NCBI GenBank assembly: GCA_039024435.1
Contig: JBCCQH010000005.1
Location: 29,433 to 93,432 of the forward strand
Length of the DNA stretch: 64,000 nt
From: Bacteroidota bacterium
GTDB lineage: Bacteria > Bacteroidota > Bacteroidia > J057 > JADKCL01
Reading direction: 5' to 3'
Made by a program: the position numbers and the translations under genes. The notes below the pieces were generated by a model that ran no database searches, was not told the DNA's origin, and saw only the letters and a program-made list of their open reading frames with translations. This document shows, one piece after another, positions 9,501 to 17,529 of the stretch. Every line of letters starts with the position of its first letter. Positions within the stretch are counted from its first letter, which is position 1.

Positions 9501-11030
9501 TTCGAGGACTACCAGACCTTTACGAATCAGGTCGCGGAATACGTCGCGGACAACAACAACCTGGCCGCACTGCCGCTGAACGACTTTTTGCCGATCCGTT
9601 CGGGGGCGATGCGCCTGACCAAGCTCACCCTGATCGATTCCTTCGGGCAATCCAAGGAACTGGACATCTCCAATCTGATCAAGGCGGGGCCCATGGAAAC
9701 GCCGACCACACCCGTGGCCAACCTGGGCGAGGACGATGTCTGGCTGGCGCCGCGCTTCGTACAGCCCGCGCGGCTGAACTTCCGCTGGCTGTCCGCGAAC
9801 AGCGGCACCCAAGAGCTGAACTCCCATCCCGACAGCACGCCGATCTGCGGCTGGCTCCTGGCCAACAACCTGGACAACAGCCTCGATGTGTACGATGCCG
9901 ACGGCTTCCCCATCGGGGTGATCGACCAGGAGGCGCGCTGGCGCGCGGTGCCCGGTACGGACGTGGTCGTCAATCCGAAAAACATCGCAAATGAGACCTT
10001 GCGCAAAATCGTGGAGCGCCTGGCCCTGGTCTACAACGAGACCGATACCAACAATGAAAAGCGCGACTTCCTGCAAGCGTTCATTTCCACTACGGACGCC
10101 GCCCTGGCGGACATCGACCCGGAAACCTACGTACACCATAACCAGATGTCCCTGCTCATGGGACGGCCGCTCGCCATCGTTCGCGCCAATCTGGGCTTGG
10201 AGCTGAAGGGCGATCCCGCGATCCACCACGGCTGGGTCGAATTTCTCCAGGATCTGGGGCGGACCAGCCGCGACACCAATGCTTTCGACGCGGTCGCGGT
10301 CCCGGTGCGGATCGGCGAGCGCGGCCAGTTGAACGACGGCACGGTGGGCTATTGGCAAGAAGATACCGCGGGCGAACTGGGCAGCGTGTTTCACACCACG
10401 GCGGAGACCAGCTCGGTTTCCAGTGGCGCGATCCACACCTACGAAGCGGATGCGCTGGACATCACCCTGAACCTGGGCGGCGACACCACCGCGCTGACCT
10501 TGCTGGTCGATCCCCGCGGGGATTTTCACGCCACGACAGGCCTCCTGCCTGTGCAGAGCCTCTACGTGCCCCAGTCCCTCTACGCCGATGCCTTGCAGCG
10601 GATCAACATCACGTTCCTGACCGCCCCCATCCTGACTGGCGCCGAGCAGATTGCACTGCCCTTGCCGAATGAGCTCGGCTACGAGTGGTCCTGGCTCGCC
10701 AAAGACCGCTTCAATTGGACGGAAGTGGCCCGCCAGGGCGTCCTCCGCAAGGATACCCTCGTGAAGGCTTTCGACGATGGTGAGGCCATCTGGACCGAAC
10801 TCCTGGCCCAGGGCTGGATCACCGCGATCGACCGCAACCGCGCCCGCATCGTCCCGCTGGACCAGCGCACGGAAAGCGACCTCTCCGACCCCATGAGCGC
10901 GCAAACCAAGGCCATCGAAGCGCTGCTGGATGCGGGCCACATTGTTCCGCCCGACCTCAAGGCAACCTTCAGCAGCAAGCAAGTCCTCAAGGAAGGCTGG
11001 CTGAAGCTGTCCCCGAATTCGAACAAATAA
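6597..11030 (+). CDS. Giant-operon gene 1: 1477-aa orphan protein with an internal LamG/concanavalin-like module
   Basis: Complete ORF with natural amino-acid composition. aa ~494-651 (nt ~8076-8550) follow LamG_3 logic: 'SLSMWVNL', 'EQWFHLYVEFS', 'GKLGAVRVFSTALSEDE'. The protein is acidic and has no signal peptide or T9SS CTD. I recognise no family for the rest. Confidence 0.85.
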   Translation: MSTVIVMVPIHADGYFLGQDRMAAEAFADFSRLPYANAERDINADTPNLSESILSVPFQNNNLTLGQGMHLHWSLPDALTKGKAGGTPDDFYAVPNRWLVTRKSTLLGDMQWIVESDYLHTDSENTYGGITYPLDTPKIEGQRHGFLGRRFNRIDWQEDGSAERVSRLTAVGYGEPTFAAFYPNCHSVFGCFDPQVDTQAKTAGLSYQIIGWYSDSAQDPVAAWISANPSATNAEIVEGIYDNFTWNVTLDSADTLQGMVCYADLQVDMSATSDIEDTAQHADATVSVGSTGTEALSAFLADDANSEADATARIQLEEQLENLLLQTKLSANDLDLGARFVEARHEKGFVATRGGSLYEVHPASADANDSSVDLNLPPGLETTLSELNLAQQSEDEAGYALESRRQQLYADWSKYMVTAYPPNGIDEGYPDVDAVQQFIASQDIPAIQDTLLDQARAQIATAELLSAMQVQVNAFNDSTVESSLFLSDLTADPVNQGRIVLTNATFPKGAPFATQVTAFNGTDANLTMNLEFNQDSAVKSLSMWVNLAGQNESGAALLSTQALGKLIAEDGILDFWDTFAIDGVEQPSDESLKWSSLPKEQWFHLYVEFSTALENTDLLYLFSNGSADFAAGKLGAVRVFSTALSEDERYFDQNMLGQSNFELKRVAGLKFWQPTEPVLLIEGEVVEPTVRHGADGRLTADKSLDCDGTTVTEFPLEADDLDGVLTAIAAGASSSEEQIGYRSQAQQPWNPFLLEWEAEIHPMSESGNLNIADKSFGSDFLTTNFSLDENSPELTVQNGKSVISAAATYTGRAILTPYAKTQLLSTIVGQLNGLLEANCYQVIGDISDNDATHYATDLSDWFANKPTLEEWFADDAAYDTQMTTFEEWYLGKPVYSAAPLTLRTVFTDSTTNTFDETAARLSDFNYALIKAYQQARSSHFISQALSGFNNALLMHQQVMQLPVEDPLGFEDYQTFTNQVAEYVADNNNLAALPLNDFLPIRSGAMRLTKLTLIDSFGQSKELDISNLIKAGPMETPTTPVANLGEDDVWLAPRFVQPARLNFRWLSANSGTQELNSHPDSTPICGWLLANNLDNSLDVYDADGFPIGVIDQEARWRAVPGTDVVVNPKNIANETLRKIVERLALVYNETDTNNEKRDFLQAFISTTDAALADIDPETYVHHNQMSLLMGRPLAIVRANLGLELKGDPAIHHGWVEFLQDLGRTSRDTNAFDAVAVPVRIGERGQLNDGTVGYWQEDTAGELGSVFHTTAETSSVSSGAIHTYEADALDITLNLGGDTTALTLLVDPRGDFHATTGLLPVQSLYVPQSLYADALQRINITFLTAPILTGAEQIALPLPNELGYEWSWLAKDRFNWTEVARQGVLRKDTLVKAFDDGEAIWTELLAQGWITAIDRNRARIVPLDQRTESDLSDPMSAQTKAIEALLDAGHIVPPDLKATFSSKQVLKEGWLKLSPNSNK

Positions 11031-11160
11031 TCCTTTCCATTCCGTCCCATTGTCCTGCCCGGGCGCGGCCTACTGCCGCGTCACTGGGGCGGGGTAGGGG
11101 GACGCATATCCTGAAAACAACCTCAACTTAAAATCCAACACAACTAAACTGTAAATCAAG

Positions 11161-14100
11161 ATGAGCAAGAAACTACATCTGAAACTCGATGCCATCGAAA
11201 ACGATCAGGTCCTCGACCTTTCCGGCAACGGTTTTCACGGAACCGTCATCAGCGGCGCGACCATTGTCGAAGACGATACCTTCGGTACCTGCTTGGAGTT
11301 TGACGGCAGCACGGGCAACATCGCCCTGCCCAGTTCCGAGACGGTGGGCCTGACCAACAACAGCTTCTCGATCAGCGCCTGGGTCTGCCCCTACGAAACC
11401 GGCCCGCGCAAGACCATTCTCGGGAGTGCAGGCACGACCAGTTACACCGGCCTGCAGGTGACCATCCACAATGGCAGTCCCCACCTGGGATTTGTCAGCA
11501 GTGGAACCGTGGCGACTCCTACCGTCCTCGCCACCGATGAATGGTACTACGTGACCTGGATCTACAACCTGGATACCCTCGAACAAACCATCTACATCGA
11601 TGGCGACAACAAGTTTGTTGGCAGCAATAAACCCGGCTACACTGGGACCTCCGACCTCAAGCTCGGCAACTGGAACGGCAATTATTTCTCGGGAAAGGTC
11701 TACGGTTTGCGGATCTACGACGAGGTCCTCAGCCAGGCGGACATCCAGTACGCAATGCGCGAAGACCAGGGCTGGCCGAGTGCCCGCGCCACGCATCCGA
11801 TCGATTTTGACCTGTCGGATGAAGACCACCAAAACGTGCTTTACATCACCGAAACTTCGGATCAGGTCCTGCGGTTGGACATCAGCAATGCATCCACCAA
11901 TTCGATTTATCTGGCGGACCTCACGGCGGCCCCGGTCAGTAGCCTGAACCACCACTTTGCGCTGCGCTTCCGTCCCGGTACCCTTTCGGAAACCAGTCTG
12001 GACACTACGGGCAGCGCGCCCATGCAGTTGAATGCCGATTCGGGGGGAGACTGGCAGATGGCTGGCCCCACCACCGATGCCTCCGGCATGGACGTGATCT
12101 ACCTCCGCAGCAATGCTGGCGGCCTGACCATGGATCCCGACGCGATCCAAAGCATCCTCTTCGACAATGTAGGGGCGGACGGCACCCAAGGTGCGCGCGG
12201 CACCCGCGTAGAATTGCAATGCGCAAATCTGGCCTACTCCGATGCCTTGACCGAGGAGATCGTCACCACCCGTGAACTGCACCTGAGCGTGGTCAACCAG
12301 CGCGGTCAGAAAAACATCCCGCTGCACGTGGGCTTTATCGGGGACAATGGCGTGCTGAACACCGATGAAAGCATGGATCTGACCCTGCGGATTTCCAATG
12401 CGCAGCAATACGACGGGATTCACTCGGACACGGCGGCTTTGAAGTTCATCTACGATGCGGAGGAAGACGCGCGCTCGGCCATGACCCTGACCTTCGCAAC
12501 CAGCGCCGACAAGGACGATGAATGGGCCCTGATCGCCCCCACGGACATTTCCCACGTTGAATTCACCGTTTACCGCGAGAAAAATGACAAGGGCGAGCTC
12601 CAATCGCTGTCCGGCTGGGAGGTCATCAAATCTACCGACACCAACAACCCAGAGTGGATCATTTATCCGACGTCGGACCAGGCCTTGTATAGCGAAGATG
12701 ATCCCGCGGGCAGTTCCTTCATCAACGTGGCCATCACGGGGATCAAAACAAAATTTCCCATCGGGCACACCTACCTGACCGTCGACTACAAGAACATTCC
12801 CAATTACTGGGACGGCCAGATGAAGGTGGCGATTGAGAAGCGTCCGTTGATCTACGCAGAAGGAGCGGTCGGCATTGGAATCCAGGATCCGAAAACTGTG
12901 GTCGCAATTCGGAAATCGAGTGACCACAATCCGGTCGGCATCGCCCAGGACCACGGAAACGGAGGCGGAAATTCCACTATGGAACTGACCACGATGGACA
13001 GCTCCGAAAACCAAGCCACTCGCCTCCTGCTTCGCGGCAATTCCGATACGGCGGACGTTGAATTCCGCAGTGGGGCTTTCGGTGCGGAAGAGGTCACCAT
13101 GTTCATCGAAGGATCCAGTGGCAACGTAGGCATCGGTACGGAGGCCCCCACCACCCGGCTGGAGATTTCCGAGCTTCAAGATACTTCCGAAACCCAGCGA
13201 CGCGGCCCGGGCTTGACCATCAGTACCAAGAATACGGATGACGTCCAATGGGAACTGGGCCGCATCGGCGGCGTGGTCGGCAACCTTACCGACCGGACTG
13301 GATATCCGGGTGGCCTGGCATTTTACACCAAGGCAGGCAACGGGAATACCAACACCGATTCCACCGAGCGCATGCGCCTCGACTACCAAGGATATTTGGG
13401 CATCGGAACCCAGAATCCGGAAACCCCGATTGCGATCCAGAAATCGAGTAGCCACGACCCGGTCGGCATCACCCAGGAACACGGAAATGGAGCCGGGAAA
13501 TCCACCATGGAATTTACCACGATGGACAATTCCGGCAACCAAGCCACCCGCATCCTGCTCCGCGGCAACACCGATACGGCCGACGTCGAGTTCCGCACGG
13601 GACCCCACGGGTCGGAAGAGGTAACCATGTTCATCGAGGGGACCGATGGGTTCGTCGGGATCGGCACCGACGATCCCAGCGAAAGGCTTCACGTGAACGG
13701 TTCCCTGCGGATCGCAAACACTTACCGCCAACTCGTTGTCCCTGAGTTTGGGATCGATGATTTCTCCAATACGGTCCTCGCCGCCTACATCGATGGGCGC
13801 GGCGTGGGTTCACAACTGCGGTTCCAGGGCGTCTCAAACGGCAGCTTTGTGGACATTGGCAACAACTCCGCGGGCGGCTTTGTGATCGAGATGAGCGACT
13901 ATGTGAAGTTCAGTATCAACCAGGCGGGCCGGGTCGACATTCCGGGTTCGCTGTACATCAACAACCGCGTGGTCACCGGATCACCCTTCTCGGATGAACG
14001 CCTGAAACAGGACGCGGCTCCGATTGAATCGGCCCTGGACAAGGTGCTGGCTTTGAATGGGGTCACCTACAAGTGGAACGAGGCGGGCGTCAACACCATT

Positions 14101-14346
14101 TTCGGTGAGCCCACCGACGCGATGACCCCGGAGCAAGAAGCGATGCGCACCGCAGAATTGGAGCGCAACCAGATCGGACTGATGGCCCAGGCCGTGGAGG
14201 CCGTCGTGCCCGAAGTCGTCACCGAAGGTGAACAGGGCTACAAAACGGTAGCCTATTCCCAACTCGTCGCCTTGCTGGTAGAAGCCATCAAGGAGCAAAA
14301 CGAAACGATTCAGGCCCTCAGCGACCGCCTGGACGCCATGGGTTAA
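11161..14346 (+). CDS. Giant-operon gene 2: LamG-headed tail-fibre-like protein with a C-terminal intramolecular chaperone (peptidase S74-type) domain
   Basis: The N-terminal ~195 aa form a LamG module: 'FSISAWVCP', 'DEWYYVTWIY', 'GKVYGLRIYDEVLSQADI'. 'VGIGT..P...L.V' fibre motifs are present. The C-terminus from nt 13990 reads 'SDERLKQD..PIESALDKVLALNGVTYKWNE...GLMAQAVEAVVPEVV......YKTVAYSQLVALLVEAIKEQNETIQAL', the tail-spike/endosialidase chaperone signature. Confidence 0.9.
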   Translation: MSKKLHLKLDAIENDQVLDLSGNGFHGTVISGATIVEDDTFGTCLEFDGSTGNIALPSSETVGLTNNSFSISAWVCPYETGPRKTILGSAGTTSYTGLQVTIHNGSPHLGFVSSGTVATPTVLATDEWYYVTWIYNLDTLEQTIYIDGDNKFVGSNKPGYTGTSDLKLGNWNGNYFSGKVYGLRIYDEVLSQADIQYAMREDQGWPSARATHPIDFDLSDEDHQNVLYITETSDQVLRLDISNASTNSIYLADLTAAPVSSLNHHFALRFRPGTLSETSLDTTGSAPMQLNADSGGDWQMAGPTTDASGMDVIYLRSNAGGLTMDPDAIQSILFDNVGADGTQGARGTRVELQCANLAYSDALTEEIVTTRELHLSVVNQRGQKNIPLHVGFIGDNGVLNTDESMDLTLRISNAQQYDGIHSDTAALKFIYDAEEDARSAMTLTFATSADKDDEWALIAPTDISHVEFTVYREKNDKGELQSLSGWEVIKSTDTNNPEWIIYPTSDQALYSEDDPAGSSFINVAITGIKTKFPIGHTYLTVDYKNIPNYWDGQMKVAIEKRPLIYAEGAVGIGIQDPKTVVAIRKSSDHNPVGIAQDHGNGGGNSTMELTTMDSSENQATRLLLRGNSDTADVEFRSGAFGAEEVTMFIEGSSGNVGIGTEAPTTRLEISELQDTSETQRRGPGLTISTKNTDDVQWELGRIGGVVGNLTDRTGYPGGLAFYTKAGNGNTNTDSTERMRLDYQGYLGIGTQNPETPIAIQKSSSHDPVGITQEHGNGAGKSTMEFTTMDNSGNQATRILLRGNTDTADVEFRTGPHGSEEVTMFIEGTDGFVGIGTDDPSERLHVNGSLRIANTYRQLVVPEFGIDDFSNTVLAAYIDGRGVGSQLRFQGVSNGSFVDIGNNSAGGFVIEMSDYVKFSINQAGRVDIPGSLYINNRVVTGSPFSDERLKQDAAPIESALDKVLALNGVTYKWNEAGVNTIFGEPTDAMTPEQEAMRTAELERNQIGLMAQAVEAVVPEVVTEGEQGYKTVAYSQLVALLVEAIKEQNETIQALSDRLDAMG
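12871..13695 (+). repeat. Intragenic duplication in gene 2 (two ~295-bp units, 12871-13165 and 13399-13695)
   Basis: The two units align by eye at about 80% nucleotide identity. Protein: 'GIGIQDPKTVVAIRKSSDHNPVGIAQDHGNGGGNSTMELTTMDSSENQATRLLLRGNSDTADVEFRSG' versus 'GIGTQNPETPIAIQKSSSHDPVGITQEHGNGAGKSTMEFTTMDNSGNQATRILLRGNTDTADVEFRTG'. Confidence 0.8.
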
Positions 14347-14353
14347 ATGCGTA

Positions 14354-14410
14354 GGGTGCGGGGCCTCCCGGTCCCGCACCCCGAATTTCTCCCTCCCGTC
14401 GCGGACGGGA
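14354..14410 (+). promoter_or_regulatory. Two tandem GC-rich hairpins between genes 2 and 3 (attenuator or RNA-processing candidates)
   Basis: Hairpin 1: GGGTGCGGG / CCCGCACCC, 9 bp perfect (14354-14381) and extendable by 3 bp. Hairpin 2: TCCCGTC-GCG-GACGGGA (14394-14410). No U-tract follows either. Confidence 0.4.
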
Positions 14411-14447
14411 ACCAACCAACAACTTATACCAACTAAACAAGAATATC

Positions 14448-17400
14448 ATGCCAAATATAAACGTCGTTTACTGGAACCTGGAGGAGTTTGGTGCCGATCC
14501 CAACCCTTCGAAAATCAACGTTCCCTACAAAGATCGCTGTCGTTTCATCGCCTACGCAGCACTCAATATGGAGGCGGATATCATCTGCGTTACCGAACTG
14601 ATGGGCAACATCGCTCAATATGAATCGAAGTTGAGAACCCTCCAAAGTCAATTGAATCTTATTTTCGACAAGAATGATGGCCCCCAGGGAAACTGGTACT
14701 TCGACTACATTCCGAGTGCCCTCAAAGATGATACCAACATTACCCGCGATGCCAACGGCTATTACGACTCAGAAACGGCCACTTTTGCAAGCAATAGCGA
14801 CCTCGAGTTCTCAGGCATCAACGGCAGATATGCCAATAAAGCGGAAGGATATGCGGTCTTTTGGAATCAGAACGTCGCCAAATTCAGCATGTCAATGCCT
14901 CCCAAGTTAAGATCAATGAATCTGGTCACCCGTGAACTCGGCTCGGAATGGACCGATAACGAACAGTCATTTGGGGTATGGGGCTACCAGAAAAAATCGA
15001 CCAAAAAAGCGATGCAGGGGGATCCAATACTAGACAATGTCGATTACGATGGCAATCTACTTCGCATCGCCTGCACCCTTCCTAAAGGAACCATATTCCC
15101 CAGCGACGCGGGACTCAAGGATGACAATCAGCAAACCTTGGAGGATGCAGGATCAATCACCACAGCGGAGATAGACCTCAAGTCCAGTTACACTATACCC
15201 AAGGGTACAATCATTGGTAAAGAGGGCGTGCGATACAACTATATGGATGCTGAATTTGTCGAACGGGTCGCCATTCTTATCCCGGGACTCTACCGATTGA
15301 CCGAAAATTATACCCTCCCGGACAATGGTACCTTCATTCCCAAGCATTGCCTTTCCCTGGTGATGGAGGGCAGGGAAACCTTTAGCTATTATGGTGACCT
15401 ACCTGACGAAGATCACCACCTTTGGTGGCGATATGACAATGCGGGAATCCAACACAACCGATTCTGGGCCACGTGGGGGGGATATCCTTACACCGAACAG
15501 AGCGCAACGGGTGAAGATACCTATACGTGGAAAGCGCTACCGTTCGGAGGATCAGGCTACGGGTTTTACGAAAAAAACAAGTATGACCAAAATTCTTCAA
15601 CGAATCCAAAAGGAGAAACTGAAATCAATCCGATTTACTATTGGGACGAAAAGCTGGCGAGATTGGCTTATCCTCATTATAAAAATTCCTCAGGTAAGCT
15701 GGCTCCATTCACGGACCTCTTTCCCGATTACCCTTACCGTACGGAACGAAAAGTCGAACTCTCACAGGCTGGACTCCTGCGCACCCGGAGACCAGCATTT
15801 TTCACCATTCGGGTCAATGATGCTAACAATACGCTTTATCCCATTACCTTGACCCACTCGGTGAACTCTACCGCAAGACTCCCAGAAGAGGACAAGGATA
15901 AGAAGCCAAAGAAAAATTCCAACAATCGACCTTACGGAAATCGCCTTGCTACTTTCGCGCGATCCCTCTACGAAGCTTTTGACCACGACGAAATTGTTGA
16001 AATTGAGCCCACTACTGAGCCTACCACCGACCCAGTGGAACCAACGGTACAACATGGGAAGTACGTCATGGCACCGGGAATGATCGGCGGCGATTTCAAC
16101 CTTGATTTCTACGACCCCAAACTTACGAGATATGAACGGTGGTTCGCCGCCAGCGACTATACGCAAACGTACGCAAATCACGGAGCTCACCTGACCTTCC
16201 TTCTGGAGAACTCAAATGGTGCGACAAGTGCTACGGACACCATGCAACTGAAGACCTCCATCCAAAAAGTATGGAACGATATGGGAGCAGATTTGGCAAA
16301 CGTTTTCCCCGCAAATTTCCGCACCAATCAAAACGACAATGTCTGTTATCCTGGTGGAGTCGCAGGCCTCACCATCAATGACTATTATGAATATTCCTAC
16401 GGCGACATCAACTACGGATACGTGTACGACTTGGTGATGGCCGTCGTCGAACTTCCCGATGACCGACTTGAACTTTCCCGAGTCGTAGAGGGTAAGGAAG
16501 CAGACGCTGATGAAACAAAGGACGAAAAACGGTACGATCGCATGAACTTCACGGCAAATTTTCCGCAGATGCCGCTGGTCGCCCTCGAACCATTCGTCAG
16601 GAAAAAAAAATCTCACATAGTAGAAGATCTGAGCAATGGTCCCTACAAGAAAACCTACATCAATCCGGTAGGCCTCAAGCGGAACCAACGGTTCATCAAC
16701 CGGACCGATGTCACCCTGACTGACGTTGACAAGAATGCGGTAACCGTGGATCTCTCTGCGGCAGTGCAGGCGGCCAATTTTGTCCGACGCTACATCAGTG
16801 ACCACTTACCGGTCCTGGCTCCCCTGTCCTTCGCAACACCCGACCCGGCCAAAATACGGGTAGACTTGCGCCGAACAATCTTTTCCACCGACGTAACAAA
16901 AATGGAGGCCAACGTTTACGCCAACCTTTCCATACAATTCAAAACGAGCGAGGGAGAGGTAGCCGAAAATCCTTATCTCATCGTTGTTTTGTCGTCCGAC
17001 GTGGGCGCGTTTGAGAACCAAATGGATGACCCCAAGCGCAAAAAAGTAGTCGCGGTCTGGGATTCCGATTCCAAGGCGTATTTGGCGAAATTCAAATTTC
17101 CCGATAACAGTGCCCCTTTGGCCGGCATATCCTACCGGATCAATGGCCGAAAACAAGCGGGTGGACTCACCTTGTACTGTGCGCAAACCGCTTCCCTCAC
17201 CCGAAGCAAGATTGTCTGTAAAAATACCCTCATCGTAGGCGAGTCAACTCCCGTGCTCGTGACGATACTCAATGAGCAGGGTCTGGGCGCTACCTACGAT
17301 GCGAAGAAGGAGGTAAAACTTTCTATCGCACCGACAAATGGGTCCCTTACCGATCTGACCCACGTCAGTTCATCTATCTACAAGGCGACCTACACCGCTC

Positions 17401-17504
17401 CAGCTACCTTGCCCAGTGAAACCAAGGTGACCTTTTCGGCCACCTATGACGGAAAAGCCCTCACCAATACGAAGGACCTCACCCTGACCAAGCCGAGCAA
17501 CTAA
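14448..17504 (+). CDS. Giant-operon gene 3: EEP-fold (endonuclease/exonuclease/phosphatase) protein with giant insertions and C-terminal Ig-like domains
   Basis: The catalytic motif set appears in canonical order: 'VVYWNLEEFG' (aa 6-15), 'ADIICVTE' (aa ~43-50), 'GGDFNLD' (aa 547, nt 16086) and 'SDHLPV' (aa 784, nt 16797). The spacing is about 3 times the normal EEP domain length. The last ~200 aa look like Big/invasin-type beta-sandwiches ('Y.ATYTAP....E..VTFSATYDGK'). No signal peptide. Confidence 0.85.
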   Translation: MPNINVVYWNLEEFGADPNPSKINVPYKDRCRFIAYAALNMEADIICVTELMGNIAQYESKLRTLQSQLNLIFDKNDGPQGNWYFDYIPSALKDDTNITRDANGYYDSETATFASNSDLEFSGINGRYANKAEGYAVFWNQNVAKFSMSMPPKLRSMNLVTRELGSEWTDNEQSFGVWGYQKKSTKKAMQGDPILDNVDYDGNLLRIACTLPKGTIFPSDAGLKDDNQQTLEDAGSITTAEIDLKSSYTIPKGTIIGKEGVRYNYMDAEFVERVAILIPGLYRLTENYTLPDNGTFIPKHCLSLVMEGRETFSYYGDLPDEDHHLWWRYDNAGIQHNRFWATWGGYPYTEQSATGEDTYTWKALPFGGSGYGFYEKNKYDQNSSTNPKGETEINPIYYWDEKLARLAYPHYKNSSGKLAPFTDLFPDYPYRTERKVELSQAGLLRTRRPAFFTIRVNDANNTLYPITLTHSVNSTARLPEEDKDKKPKKNSNNRPYGNRLATFARSLYEAFDHDEIVEIEPTTEPTTDPVEPTVQHGKYVMAPGMIGGDFNLDFYDPKLTRYERWFAASDYTQTYANHGAHLTFLLENSNGATSATDTMQLKTSIQKVWNDMGADLANVFPANFRTNQNDNVCYPGGVAGLTINDYYEYSYGDINYGYVYDLVMAVVELPDDRLELSRVVEGKEADADETKDEKRYDRMNFTANFPQMPLVALEPFVRKKKSHIVEDLSNGPYKKTYINPVGLKRNQRFINRTDVTLTDVDKNAVTVDLSAAVQAANFVRRYISDHLPVLAPLSFATPDPAKIRVDLRRTIFSTDVTKMEANVYANLSIQFKTSEGEVAENPYLIVVLSSDVGAFENQMDDPKRKKVVAVWDSDSKAYLAKFKFPDNSAPLAGISYRINGRKQAGGLTLYCAQTASLTRSKIVCKNTLIVGESTPVLVTILNEQGLGATYDAKKEVKLSIAPTNGSLTDLTHVSSSIYKATYTAPATLPSETKVTFSATYDGKALTNTKDLTLTKPSN

Positions 17505-17529
17505 TATTCAAACCCAAACTTGAATTGAC

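Noticed and set aside
6420-10982. A 1520-aa minus-strand ORF, longer than gene 1 itself
   Set aside because: It is in exact codon register with the plus-strand gene, so it stays open simply because the sense gene uses no TTA, CTA or TCA codons. Its product is a G/R/V/A/Q-rich low-complexity string, whereas the plus frame has natural composition and a LamG motif set. It is a shadow ORF of a high-GC3 gene.
11173-13731. An 852-aa minus-strand ORF antisense to gene 2. Similar cases are 19324-20640 and 22037-23362 (antisense to genes 4 and 5), 38517-39542 (icd), 47331-48365, 55548-56474 and 35439-36794
   Set aside because: The explanation is the same in-register antisense effect. The sense partners carry unambiguous family motifs.
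11161-14346. Reading the tail-fibre-like gene as evidence of a prophage or tailocin
   Set aside because: No capsid, portal, terminase, tape-measure, sheath, tube, baseplate, integrase, holin or lysin genes occur anywhere in the 64 kb. The flanks are core genes.
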